Of a DNA stretch of 64,000 nucleotides, positions 41,588-53,149 are shown one piece after another (position 1 is the first letter of the stretch; the number at the start of each line of letters is the position of its first letter). Both the position numbers and the translations under genes were made by a program. The stretch covers positions 14,105,037-14,169,036 of the forward strand of contig OZ316891.1 of the NCBI GenBank assembly GCA_973895155.1. The letters are read 5' to 3'. The notes under the pieces were generated by a model that was not told the DNA's origin, searched no databases, and saw nothing but the letters and a program-made list of their open reading frames with translations. This DNA comes from Marsupella aquatica. Taxonomy: Eukaryota > Plantae > Marchantiophyta.

Positions 41588-42368
41588 GACAATGTCCCCT
41601 ACTCTTATATGCAATGTATTCAATCTAAGCTACCAAGGTGTTTGTAAGGCTGCTAAACCGTATTGGACCCTCCAAGGGGTATAGCGACCGAGATAGCAAA
41701 CAGGCAAACAGCAAATACTTTTCCTGTTTGCCTTATGCTATTACCAGGAAAAAACATCTTGTACTAGGGGGAAGAACACACAATCAGGAGTTTAGAATTG
41801 TTTAAGTTGGAGTTAGTCCATTGCGGTGAGGGAGGATACCATGTCATGAATCGCTGAACCACATAATAATTGAACCTCATATCCCAACACAAACAAGGGG
41901 GAGCATACATAAAAATGTCAAGGAATGCGCACAAAAATGGTAGGTCCCACCACAATCGACAACAAAATATATAAAAATAATACAAAATGAATGCATCCCA
42001 AAACTTTATGGTATTATATGGTCCAAAATAAAAGCGAACAACGTGTTGACTAGCGTCTGGCGCTATCTTATCGGTATTTCAGGAAACAAATAGTTGGCGT
42101 TGAGAACATCAAGCACAACATGATGATATTTAACGGTGTAGCCTAAATGACAAAATTATCAGCGCCTGGCGCTAACAAAACATGACGCGACATAAATAAC
42201 ACTTTTCCGTTGACATATGATAAAATCAATATAACCATTTGGACCAATAATACAACCTACATCATCATGATTCATGCTATAAACCATGAGCATTTTGCCT
42301 CTCTAATATGAGCCGAACCTCTCCAACAGTGAGAATTGGTTGGCTGGTCAATGTAGATTCCTCAACGT

Positions 42369-44619
42369 CTAGTTTGAAAACGGTAAGGAAAATCCAATAC
42401 AAATGTTTGCAAGGCATATATGGATGTTTCTGAGAATGTTGCCGGTAGAAATCCTCACACGAGCAAGTGGGAAAATGCAAATTTGAACAAAGTAACAATT
42501 TGGCGTCCGCATATTTTCGTGCGTTTGCACCTTAAACTGCTTTCCCCATGCATTCCCAATCGCAACATCCCACTCTCCCTGAATGGACATCGTCTCTTTT
42601 TTTGCAGACGCAATTCTGTTCATGTGACCCTGGGTAAGATTTGACTGAGGAACCGTATTCCTCCCATTCCGGCTTCGGAGACGAACATTGGGTTCGACAA
42701 GATTCACATGTTCTAGAAAGATATTGACATTGATTCGAAGATCAAAATCTGACGGGGGTGTAGTTGTACGTTCATTTCCGCGCACTAGGGAGATTCCGTT
42801 GTCAAGAAGATATTGCAGCTCGTCTTCCAAAACATTTGTCCCTTTCAAAATGGGAAGAACATCTGGGAAAGGGGGCAGGTTCAATACACCTCGACGAGGG
42901 CGGCTTCTGTAACATGTATTGTTTGGGCAAAACCAAATCATTTCGGTTATGGGTTCCCCCCTAAAAATGCGTTGTCCTTTGACAACAACACCGATAACAC
43001 CATGTGGTGAGGGAAATCCAACTTTTTTCACGCGATTGCGACACTCATCTCTTTCAGAATTACGGGAACTATTCAGCGCGATAGTTATGATCGTAAATAT
43101 GCGCACTAAAAGTAACCCAGTCTTTTGTGAGTCGTTTCATCACATCAAAACTTACCCAAGAACCTTCGAGACTTCCACCAGGTTGCATTTGTCTCAAAAG
43201 ATCGACGCCTGATCCATGGCCGATCGAAGTCATCTTGAATATGTGAGGACGGTCTTCTTGAGGCCCTTGACCTGGTAGGAGGTACCTTTGGAGGAAAGGC
43301 ATGTTGATATTTCTTTGATACCGAACAAGAAAATCTAGTTCACCTTGACCTTTCTGGTCCTGTCTAACACTACGAAAGAGGGACGCAAACTTCCGGGGTG
43401 TGGAAACTACCATGAGCGACTCAAATATCTCGGTTTCTTCAATATCTTGAATATCTTCCACACTTTCACACAAGGACTTTACAAAAGATCCTGTCGCCAC
43501 ATTTTTTACACCAGCAGGAGTGAAAATTGGATTTCCTTCCAATTTCTTTTTGATAACCTCCTCAACAATCTTCTCTGCGCTCCGAGAAAACACCTTTCTT
43601 GAAGGATGGTTGTGCATCCCCATATGAATTGCCAAGCGGGACATGTGAGTACAGGTTTCTGAGTCAACTAGAACTTGGGGGTACATGTAAAATAACCTTG
43701 CTAGACAAGATTGGACACAAAATGGAACTTGATCACAAAATTGGCAAACAACTCCACCTTTATCAATGAAGGAGCCAACACGATGTTGCCCGCCAAGTTT
43801 AGGGGTTCCACCCCAGGCCTTATGGTTCCTCTTTTTCTTCCGTCGAAAATAGTCGCAAGTATTATTCCTACACTCAATGGAACCAGTGCACGTTACTTTA
43901 CCAAATTCCCAATATTTCTTGGGATGAACATTAGCTGATGTAGGAAATATTATGGTCCAGATGTAGCAATCCTTCGACCGGTCCATGTCGCGTAGACGTG
44001 ACCCCTTTGAAAGAGCTCCCGCAGGAGGCAACTCGAATACAATATTTCCATTGTATTTCTTTGGCAAACAGCCGACTTGTTCATGGCAGTAGTCCCCAGC
44101 CGCGATGAACCTCGAGATTTCACTGGAACCAGTTGACTTGAGAATGGTATCCATTGCACTTCTCCGATACACAATGAAATTTTTGGTAAAAACTGCTCTA
44201 ACCTCCTGTTTAACAGGGGTAACCTCCTGTTTAACAACTGTGTGAGGGGGTTTATCACTAGACTTAGGCAAACCAGAAGGTCCATCATCGTCGCTATCTG
44301 AAAGCAAGACAACATCAACAAAGGGTTTGGATGAAGATGGGAGATCGGATGCGACTGGTTTTCGAATGACAATAGAATACCGAATTCCTGCATTCAGGTG
44401 CCAAAAATGAATCCCGTCATCAACATCAAAAGAAGCAGTGAAATTAGAGGCTTCATCTCCGTTTCCCTCCTCCAAAATGTCCTCAATGTCATTCAAATCC
44501 AAACCAAAGCGCCCACAGAGATAATTCTCACTAACTTGCTTGTATACGTCATTGGTCGACAATGGAATGGATACAAGGTCACCCGTAGATGGACGCGTCA
44601 GAACGATTGACCTCGACAT
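42369..44619 (-). pseudogene. MULE-type transposase with GCM/WRKY-like Cys/His DNA-binding domain; catalytic core apparently deleted
   Basis: ATG 44619. CTGSIECRNNTC..CQFC..C..SCLARLFY..RLAIHMGMHNHP, then SWVSFDVMKRLTKDWVTFSAHIYD (first-Asp strand region of a MULE RNase H fold). The frame ends at 43069 and a C-terminal segment (WFCPNN..PDVLPILKGTNV) follows in another frame. Confidence 0.62.
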
Positions 44620-45563
44620 TGTAAGATCATCCAACCCAAAAACACTCAGTTCACAATAATGAATGACGTCTTCGAATGCACACAATGATATTCATAGTCA
44701 ATAATCCGTTTGTCAGAGCCGTTAGAATATGACAGAATCACTACCGGTCGAAACCACATCTGACACAATAAATGTTTTTTGTCATTATGTCAACGACATT
44801 TACACCAATGAGCCTAAGATGTCCGTTTACGAAGACCATAATCATGTTTATTAAATCATCTTAATTGAGTAGCGTCGGGCGCTACTCAAACATCATCACT
44901 CCAACATGGACCCAAAATGGTTCAATATATGTTTAGCGCCAGGCGCTACTCAAACCCACACCCTAAATTGTGGTATAAAACTAGAATATTTTATTCGGGG
45001 TTTCAGAATAAATCCTAATGTTTGTAGCTATTTTCCAAATATTATCTAAAATTTTACCAAAATGTTCCCATTTAATATTAGCGCTGGGCGCTAATCTGAA
45101 ACGGTAATCATGACATTCATTTAAGGCAAAATATTCAAAATTTGTATTCATTTTGTTTTTTATTTTATACTTCAGGGTCAATGTTGGCCTAACTTAGGGA
45201 AATTTTAGGGTTTGAATATTGATCGTTTTGGGTAGCGCCAGGCGCTACCATTGACCAATATCAGATTTGACCTAGGAATATAGATTAAAATAACCGAACT
45301 CTTCTTTAACGGTCATATTCAACGGTAACGTTAGGTCGCGTAACGTTGAAGATATGCCAACGATATTCTAAACCACTAATCCAGAATTGACAAGTGGCGC
45401 TCAGGAGAATGTCGTAAATAGATATCAATGTAGCGAGTGGATAGTTTAGAGATGATACTCTCCCCACCTCCCTTGTCCGCTGTATTTAGGCTCCGTTTTG
45501 GAGGTTCTTCGTGCAAGAATTCTCTAGAAGAAGTACGGTACGAATGAGGTACTCAACACGATC

Positions 45564-48500
45564 ATGAAGCACTTCGTGTGTGGGCAAAACATGGACCCTC
45601 TCCCCACCACCTCGCATGGGTATAGTGCTAACGGGCAGAGAGAGCAGATCCATTCCCAAACATCCGAGTGCTCGTTTTCTGGATCTGTTTACAGTCGTCG
45701 TGTGACACGGTCTACAGCATCCCAAGATCCTGAAACAATCACGGTAGTCACATTTCTGAAGAGCAGGAGAGCGAAGATGGACGATCTCGACACATACGCT
45801 GTGGAAGATCGAGCAGAACTGTCACTAACGATGTCCGACGTTATCTCCAAGCACGTTATGGTGTTTGGCAAGGATTTTTGAGGGCACGACAAAGACCCCC
45901 CAAGGATTCCAATGTGCCGCTTGGTTCACATGGAAGTTGTCCGCACCTTACAGAAGGGAAGTCCTTCAATTGAAAAGTTGAAGGACTCTTTTTGTAGCAC
46001 AGGATACAACTCAAAAATCGGAATGTTGTTCTATGTCCAGCCGGGAGATTCGAATGGGAATGTCCAGACGTGTACTCCAGAAATTCGAGCGACCTGGGAC
46101 CCTGTGTGGGTGGCCGAGAACGAGAAGTTTGAAGTTGAATGTGCGGCCGATCTAGACTTCATGGTGTTACAAGATAAGATGTTTTACATTTTTGACGGTA
46201 ACCATTGACTTTACGCATGGTCGATCGTTACAAAAGAAAATCCGGAAGATAGCAAGTATCACCCGCGTGTGCAATGTACTATCTTCAAGGGTGAAAAGGG
46301 ATCTTTGATTGAAATTGAGGCGGCTATGCATACTGTGAACCAGTAAGTCTCTCTTTGAATTTCATCTATCCTTATCTTTTATAGTGTAGTTTTTACTAGC
46401 GCCTGGCGCTATTGACTGACAAATTCTTCTGTAGACTTGGACAGGCCGTGGTGGAACCTTCCTGGATACTTGATGCAGACCGAATTAAGAGGATTTTGTC
46501 CAACGATCTAGAATACTACAAATCAATCATGGATGGGGCAAACTTCAAGAAGTTTGGGCAGGTGATGCAAAAGACTCGAAAAGGATCGTGGTATTCCAAG
46601 AAAATGCCTCAAGAAGCACTTATGTATATCTTATGCGAGAATAAGATTAAATCCTATTCTCGACAATTCAAGATGGACATGGAGTCGGCTACCGCTCAGG
46701 GAAATCCTTGGTCTCAGGAAGAGACATCCAAACGACATGCGGTCATGATGAAAGAAGCAACGAAGGATTGGGCGATCAAGGTCTCAAAGATCACTCCCTT
46801 GTTGAGTCCTGAGTTTGAAGACTTCATGACAACCTGTGCTGAGATGTATCCAATGACAGAGGTGAACAAACGTGAGAAGAAACCGGATGCGGTTGTCTGT
46901 ACCATGGATCGTGCCAAGTTATTTACAGCAGTCTCCGCCCTCGACCCCAAATTGAGGAGCACTTTGTTAGTAGCGCATTGCACGCCAGAGCTTAGGAAGC
47001 AGTTCTTTCATCCGCAAAGCGTTAGCGATGACCCTGTGAAGCAGTGGTGCCACACTTGGCAAACTTGGAATAGCGTGGAGGGAATTGCCATTGGTATGCT
47101 GCAGACTGCCCTCCAGCAAATCAGTGAAATAATTCCTTCCAATCGATTGGAGGAATGGAAGTGTGAGTCTTATGATTCACTCGTTGAAATAGTGTGCAAT
47201 GATCTCAAAAAATTTGGGGATGCAGTGAAAGGTAAGTTTTTCAATACGATGTGGATGTCCAAGTACACGGACAAGGAAGACTACACACTCAAGAATCAAA
47301 AGCGAGCGAAATGATATGTCTATCGTTTCTTCATGCACATGGAGATTGTGAAGCCTGACTATTTTTGGGCTTACCCAGCTGCTTTCCAAAATTGGGTCAT
47401 CTGCACAGATGGAGACATTTTGGCCGAACTATATTCGATGTATCCCGTTGAGGGTATACTTCCACCGAGAAAATTGTCTGAGTGGGAGAGAATTCACTGC
47501 CCTTGGTACCTTGACACCGACAGATGGGATTCTCCTTTTGACGACACTGAGAAGGATGCTTTCCATAAACTGTCTAAATCCCAAGTTCTGAGATAATTTG
47601 TCTCCGACATGAAGCAAGGAATTGAGGGGGACGTCAACTCGTTGACGACTGAGTTGCAAAAAAAATGCAAAACCACAGTGGTTCATGTTGATCAAAGCCG
47701 TAAACCAAGAGCCAAAGCCAAGGCGGATGCCCCTGTGGCAAGTGCTAGTGCCAAGTCTGGGAAAAAACGTAAGCTACACCTCCTTCTTCCGACTTCCTTC
47801 TTTGTTAGCACCTGGCGCTATCATGTGTCGTAAGTTTAATGTGTCTTATTTCCCAAAATTAATGTGGGTGTTTAGTCAGCACCTGGCGCTAACACTCTTT
47901 CTGTGATTGACACCATTTTTTGGTAGGTGGTCGAAAATCTGATGCCGCCACGGATGACACAAAAGTCGATGCAACACCAGAAGTTTCTGAGGCCAACACT
48001 GGTGCCAATCCAGACCCCATCACCCCCGTTGAGAAGGGGAAGGTTATAGTTCCTGTGGATGCTACAAGCACAAAGAAGAAGAAGAAGAAAAGGACCATCG
48101 ATGTCTGGGAATCGTCGCGAGATAATGCTTCTTGGGCCGGTATCCAACGGGATGTGGGGACTTTCAAGACTAAACTCGGAAGACACTGTATGGTCAAATC
48201 AAGCTTGGCATAATTCATTGATAGTGCATTTAGTAAGGAAGAGAAGCCAGATTGGGTCTCAGACGCTGAGAAGTGGGGTAAGGATTTGATCAAGTCGAGG
48301 TGTAGAGATAAAGGAATCATTCCAGGTGGGAAGGAACGATCATTTGGGGTGAATGCGGGTTTCATCTATCTCCCAACTGGTTTGAAACCCACAATTGTTG
48401 ACCGTCGGGTCCTGAAATGGAATATCACAGATCACACAGCAGCCGAATCATTCTTTCGGGCGATGGACCCTTTCCTTTCCGATGACGGCATGCTCGCTAT

Positions 48501-49738
48501 CTTATACTCGGATGACCACGACCAGATTTCCCAGGTCATTTCTGCATGTCAGCAATCCAAGAAGTTCATGTGCATCAATACGCACAATGTTTTCATGTCT
48601 GTCCCAATGTACAGATCCAAGACAGATGTCCAGGTAAATGTTCTCTATACTAGCGCCCGACGCTACTCTTTCTTTCTTAGTAGGTCTTCTCTCATGAATA
48701 ACAGATTTTTAAAATCCAGTTGGTTTGTCAACTTTTGCAGGTCTTCACTCTTAGACTGGATATATTTTGTCGGGTTTCTTTTAAAGGAAAGGTCCCAAAG
48801 GATCCAAGATTCAAGCCGTTATCTAGCGTTGAAGATCCTTCAATCTCAAACCTTATTGGGCTACAATCTTTGAAGGAAGATCATTGTCCTGAACTCCATT
48901 TTACTGGGAATTCTCGACTACCGGTTGGTTTTATGCAAACTGTCCTTGAACTCTTTACGATACCTAAGGATATTGTAATTGATTGGACCGTCGGCTCAGG
49001 TTGTACATTCATTGCTGGGGATTACTCAGGCTGTTTTGTCATCGGGTTAGAAAATTGTCGGGAGTTTGTTGAGACCGCTTCGAGGATTTTTTTGGATCTC
49101 ATTTCTCCCAAACCTTTGGAGACACAACCTCCCCCTTCTCAAATAACCGGACGAAAAAAGAAAGATAGACTTAGATCTGTCCTCAATTTTGATTCGGACG
49201 AAGATGATGGGACGCCAGAAGATGATGGGACGCCAGAAGATGTCAATGACAACGGGAAAGAGGAAACCCGACATGATGGGTCAACGGAGGACAGCGAAGA
49301 GTCTTCCGAGTAATTTTCGTCTCTCGTAAGCTCCTTTATCCTTTCAATTGTTGGCTAACCATCAATTCCACCGGTTCTATCTGTTAAGTACTTACTTCCT
49401 CTTTCTCTTCCGATTCTCTTTTGAACAGATCAGAATGGAACCAAAGAAAACGGTTTCAACTCCGAAGGAAAGTGGCTCGAAATGTAATCATCACTCTCGA
49501 GAAGCCGTTTGTGTTGCCATCATACGCTAAGAACATCGCGAGGAAGGTAGAGAAATTTAGAACGCTCTGCTGGGAAACAAAAGGACTTAGGCTTCTTAGG
49601 GGAGTAGACAGGAAGTTCATGAGGAACCCCTACGTAGATGATGTTTCTAGAAGCAAGTATATTGATGATGAGGCAGAGTCGACCGACAGATCTCATAGCT
49701 CCCAGAATGAGAGCTCAAAATCTGACACTGAAGGGTAG
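45564..49738 (+). pseudogene. Transposon-borne ParB/Srx-like + beta-class N6A/N4C DNA-methyltransferase-like fusion gene (5 exons, ~1232 aa, 5 in-frame premature stops)
   Basis: GT-AG exons 45564-46342, 46435-47768, 47927-48633, 48741-49309, 49429-49738 total 3699 nt in one frame. Stops at 45879, 46206, 47312, 47594, 48211. Motifs FYIFDGNH*LYAW (ParB/Srx DGxHR), VNAGFIYLPTG (degenerate motif IV), FLSDDGMLAI, LPVGFMQTVLELFTIPKDIVIDWTVGSGCTFIAGDYSGCFVIGLEN (motifs X-I-II). First ATG and last exon are less certain. Confidence 0.72.
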
Positions 49739-52700
49739 CAATTTTCTCCTCTATCAGGTCAAACTTCCTCCCAACTGTACGAGTATGCCCTTGGTTTTTG
49801 TTAGCGCCGGGCGCTATTGAATTTATTAAATATGAATTGAGTTTGATGGAGGTTGCCCCTTCCATTCAATGGTTAATGTGGTCTTTAGTAACGTCCTTTG
49901 TGTGGGTTCCTCTCCTTGTTTAACTAGCGCCCGACGCTCCCCAAAAAACACGTTTGAAGTTTCCGTTTGATATTTGTCGTTTCTGCCATAGTGTCATTTG
50001 GCTTTCAGTCGGCGACTGGTACCGTCAAGAGGACCAATAACAGGAAATCCAAGCCCCTTATAAACATACTATTGTTTCTTTCAAAGTCCATTGCTCTCGT
50101 TCTTCTCCTTCTCAATTCCATGGAAGGCCAGTGTATCGACGGCCCACGAGAGCATATGTCAACTTCCGATTAGATGGTTTCTGCCATGAGCCAGATCGTC
50201 AGGACGCTGGGATTGATGATGACTGTCACTCTTCGAGCTAGGGCATTGTACGAGGAATCACCCACCGGGAGTATTAGCGCCTGGCGCTAGTTACAATTGC
50301 ACTGGAAACTTTAGTGTTCCTATGTAGCAATATTTGTACATCAAGGACAATATGTTTCACTTAAATAAAAAAGCTCGGGTTTCTTTTCTTTCAATTTCCC
50401 GTTAGAAGTTATGACTCAGATACCTTGGTTAAGTCCTACTTCTGTGCTTTGATATTGAACTTAGACTATTAGTAATCTTTGGTTTCTACTTGGATCTCAG
50501 CCTGAACATCAATCCTACGTTCTCGTGATTTTCTCCACAAAGCACTAGAAGCGGCCGGCTCTAGTATTCGGCATGTTTGGGCGATTAATGTTTCATTATT
50601 TTGGGTTCGCACGCCCGGCGCTAGTATTCGTTATGATGCGTTTGTAATTGTTTTGCCTGTAGACTCCCAGCGCTAGTATTCGGCATCGCATAATTATCAG
50701 TATTTTAGGAACGGGTTTTTTTAATTTTGCCACAATACCAGGAGAAATGTGCTCCCAAAACAGGAAATTTTGCTGTTACCAATTCCTGTTATAGTTTTCT
50801 GTTTGCTGTTTACTGCCTTTTGTAAACACCTCCCTCCAAGCAACCTTACTCAAAAAATCTCCAAAAAATGAAAGTGATGCAAATCAAAAACTGATTTGAC
50901 CTTCTTGTAGCCTGCAAGATAACCTTTCCATAACACCAAACAACTATGCAAACAAACACTCAAGCCAAGAGTTATCAACCACTGACCGCAAGGGGGTCAA
51001 AATATCATTTTGGACCCCTTCAAGGAATCTTTTTAATAAAATCTTCCACACACCTTTGTTCCTAAACCTATTTTTCAGACCCCTCCCTAACTCCCCCACA
51101 CCCCTGCAACAAATCTCAAGAAATGAAACACGTTTGCCTTGTCGAATCCCTAATTTACCGTTGAATTTTAACATTTTGGAGAATTGGGAATATAGTGAAT
51201 AAAAGTACAGGGGGCAAAATGCCCTATGGCACTTGCCACAAACAGGACAACGCCTGTTTGCTCTACACCCCATCACCCCAAGTGCCCTACCACCCTTCCC
51301 ATACTCGGCTGAACGCCCTTCCCATGCCCTGCCATGCAGCCAAAATCAAACCCACTTTGATTGCCCGTATCTCGGCCATCCATTCATTTGATCTCTAATT
51401 TATATGGTTGGAACGAGCGCAATGAGATGTTTTCAACAAGCTATGGACAATCCAAGATCATGACTTTCAGAAATCAACCTAAATTTGTACAATTGTACGT
51501 CCGTCGCTTTGAGTTCCCGACTACATGGCTGCCTGAGCTTAACAACCAACTTCAAAATCAAGTTAGTGGTTGCACACACCACCAAAGTATTTGCTATTTG
51601 TTGTAAATGGATCCTCGTCCCGTTTGTAACTCCCTGGATCAAATCAATGACAAAATGAACAATCAAAACCCGGATTGTGCTCACATTGAAGAAAGTCGTT
51701 GTTGAACACAAAGAGAATTCTTCCCACCTTCAAAATGTGCGCAATCTTTGGCCTACACAACACAGGAATAGACCAAAGCCTATGCTTCTCCGCCCTAGGA
51801 GAACATTCATACTCACATCCCGCACCAAATGCCACAAATTGGTAATGATGAGCCCCAAGCGCTTCTCAATCTCAGTCCCCAAGCTCTTATACCAATTGTT
51901 GGGATATGATCTAGATAGAATGAGATAACATTAACATGTGTGAACATTCATCCATAGACTCCGACATTGAAAGTGCGTGGTTCATCCCGTCTCGGCTTCG
52001 TCCACGGCCGTGAGAGAAATCCAGTAATGCAAAGGGATTACACCCGCCGTAGGCAACACGCTAGAGCTCCTCCTCTCACTCTCTATCCTCAAGAGTGAAC
52101 CTTCAAGTGTGAGCACAAGTTTGTGTTCCCCTTGGGTATACCCCCTCCCGTGGTCTATGGAGACCTAGAACTCAAACTGGTGCTATCCTGGTCTACTGAA
52201 GTCTAGCTAGTACTGTGGAAGTATATAGGTTATACTAGAGGCATAATCTAACAACAAAAAACCTGATGCTCACTTTAGCCAAGATACACAATGTGTAACC
52301 CTCTAAATCTGATGAAAGTTGCAACTTTTTATACCCAAAGTGAGACCACTTAATTATACAAAAGAAATATACCAGTTGACCTTGAACAATGTTTGCAAAT
52401 GGTGCATCCAAGTTAGTTTTCAAACATTGTGGTCCGTTTGGGCTACGCTTTTGAGTCACTACACAATCCTTTTCCACATGTTTTTTTTGCGATTAACTAA
52501 AATAAGGAAAACATACTACAACATTGACTAGTCATTAAAGTAAGAACATAAGAATTCTCAAATACTGCCCTAAACACAATTCTACCATCTTGGTCATTAT
52601 GGTGCCCTTTCCACCATTTCTAATGATTACCAAAAGGGGCACCCATAAATTTCCCATGTGACCTGAATTTGTACTTCAGCTGCAAAGTGTAGCCTCTTGA

Positions 52701-53149
52701 TCTAAACAAAATACCAGGGATTAACTTCTATAGTCTACATACATCTATTCATGTTGTTAACTCATCTCATATGTTAAAATAACCAAACATTAACACCTAT
52801 AATGGAAGGTCTTGCCTATTTTTTCAGTACTGTAGTTGTCTTACAAAACTGGAGAACAGAAAAAGAGATTGAGGAGACAATGGAGGGGAGGGTGTAGGGG
52901 AGGGTGGAGGGGGTGTCTGTCCTCCTCTATCTTCCCACCTGTCAGGCTATGTTGCACCAATTACACAAAGCCCCCAAAAGTGGTCCATCCATGTCAATCT
53001 TGAGTATCCTGGTTGTGACATATGCCACAATCTAAATTGAACTTATTTTTTAGAGTTAAACGGGCCAATCTTCCACATTTCCTTCTTGACGACCAAATAC
53101 AGCCTCTTATTAGCCTATGTTCGAGTGCATTCCTTTGATCTCTTTTACG

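Larger units (their letters stand above)
42051..50289. repeat. Dispersed 15-bp palindrome TAGCGCCNGGCGCTA, 13 copies within the MULE
   Basis: Copies start at 42051, 42160, 44870, 44934, 45079, 45233, 46397, 47806, 47877, 48651, 49802, 49925, 50275; three half-site variants near 50549-50680. Confidence 0.9.
41677..50831. mobile_element. Mutator-like (MULE) DNA transposon, ~9.15 kb, with two divergent genes
   Basis: 9-bp direct repeat CCCTCCAAG at 41668-41676 and 50832-50840. Imperfect terminal inverted similarity (..AGCAAACAGGCAAACAGCAAA.. vs reverse complement ..AGTAAACAGCAAACAGAAAA..). Inserted in the 5' UTR of the copia element; boundary could shift by 1 bp. Confidence 0.75.
37956..52253 (-). 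mobile_element. Older, internally deleted Ty1/copia element carrying two nested insertions
   Basis: LTRs 37956-38325 (3') and 51897-52253 (5'), TSD ACAAA (37951-37955, 52254-52258), PBS TGGTATAAGAGC (minus strand, 51883-51894), PPT next to 38326; LTRs roughly 10% diverged by eye. Confidence 0.92.

Noticed and set aside
41635-41650. AAGGTGTTTGTAAGGC as the left TIR of the nested DNA element
   Set aside because: It matches the right end for only 8-9 bp and gives no TSD, whereas the boundary at 41677 gives a perfect 9-bp duplication.
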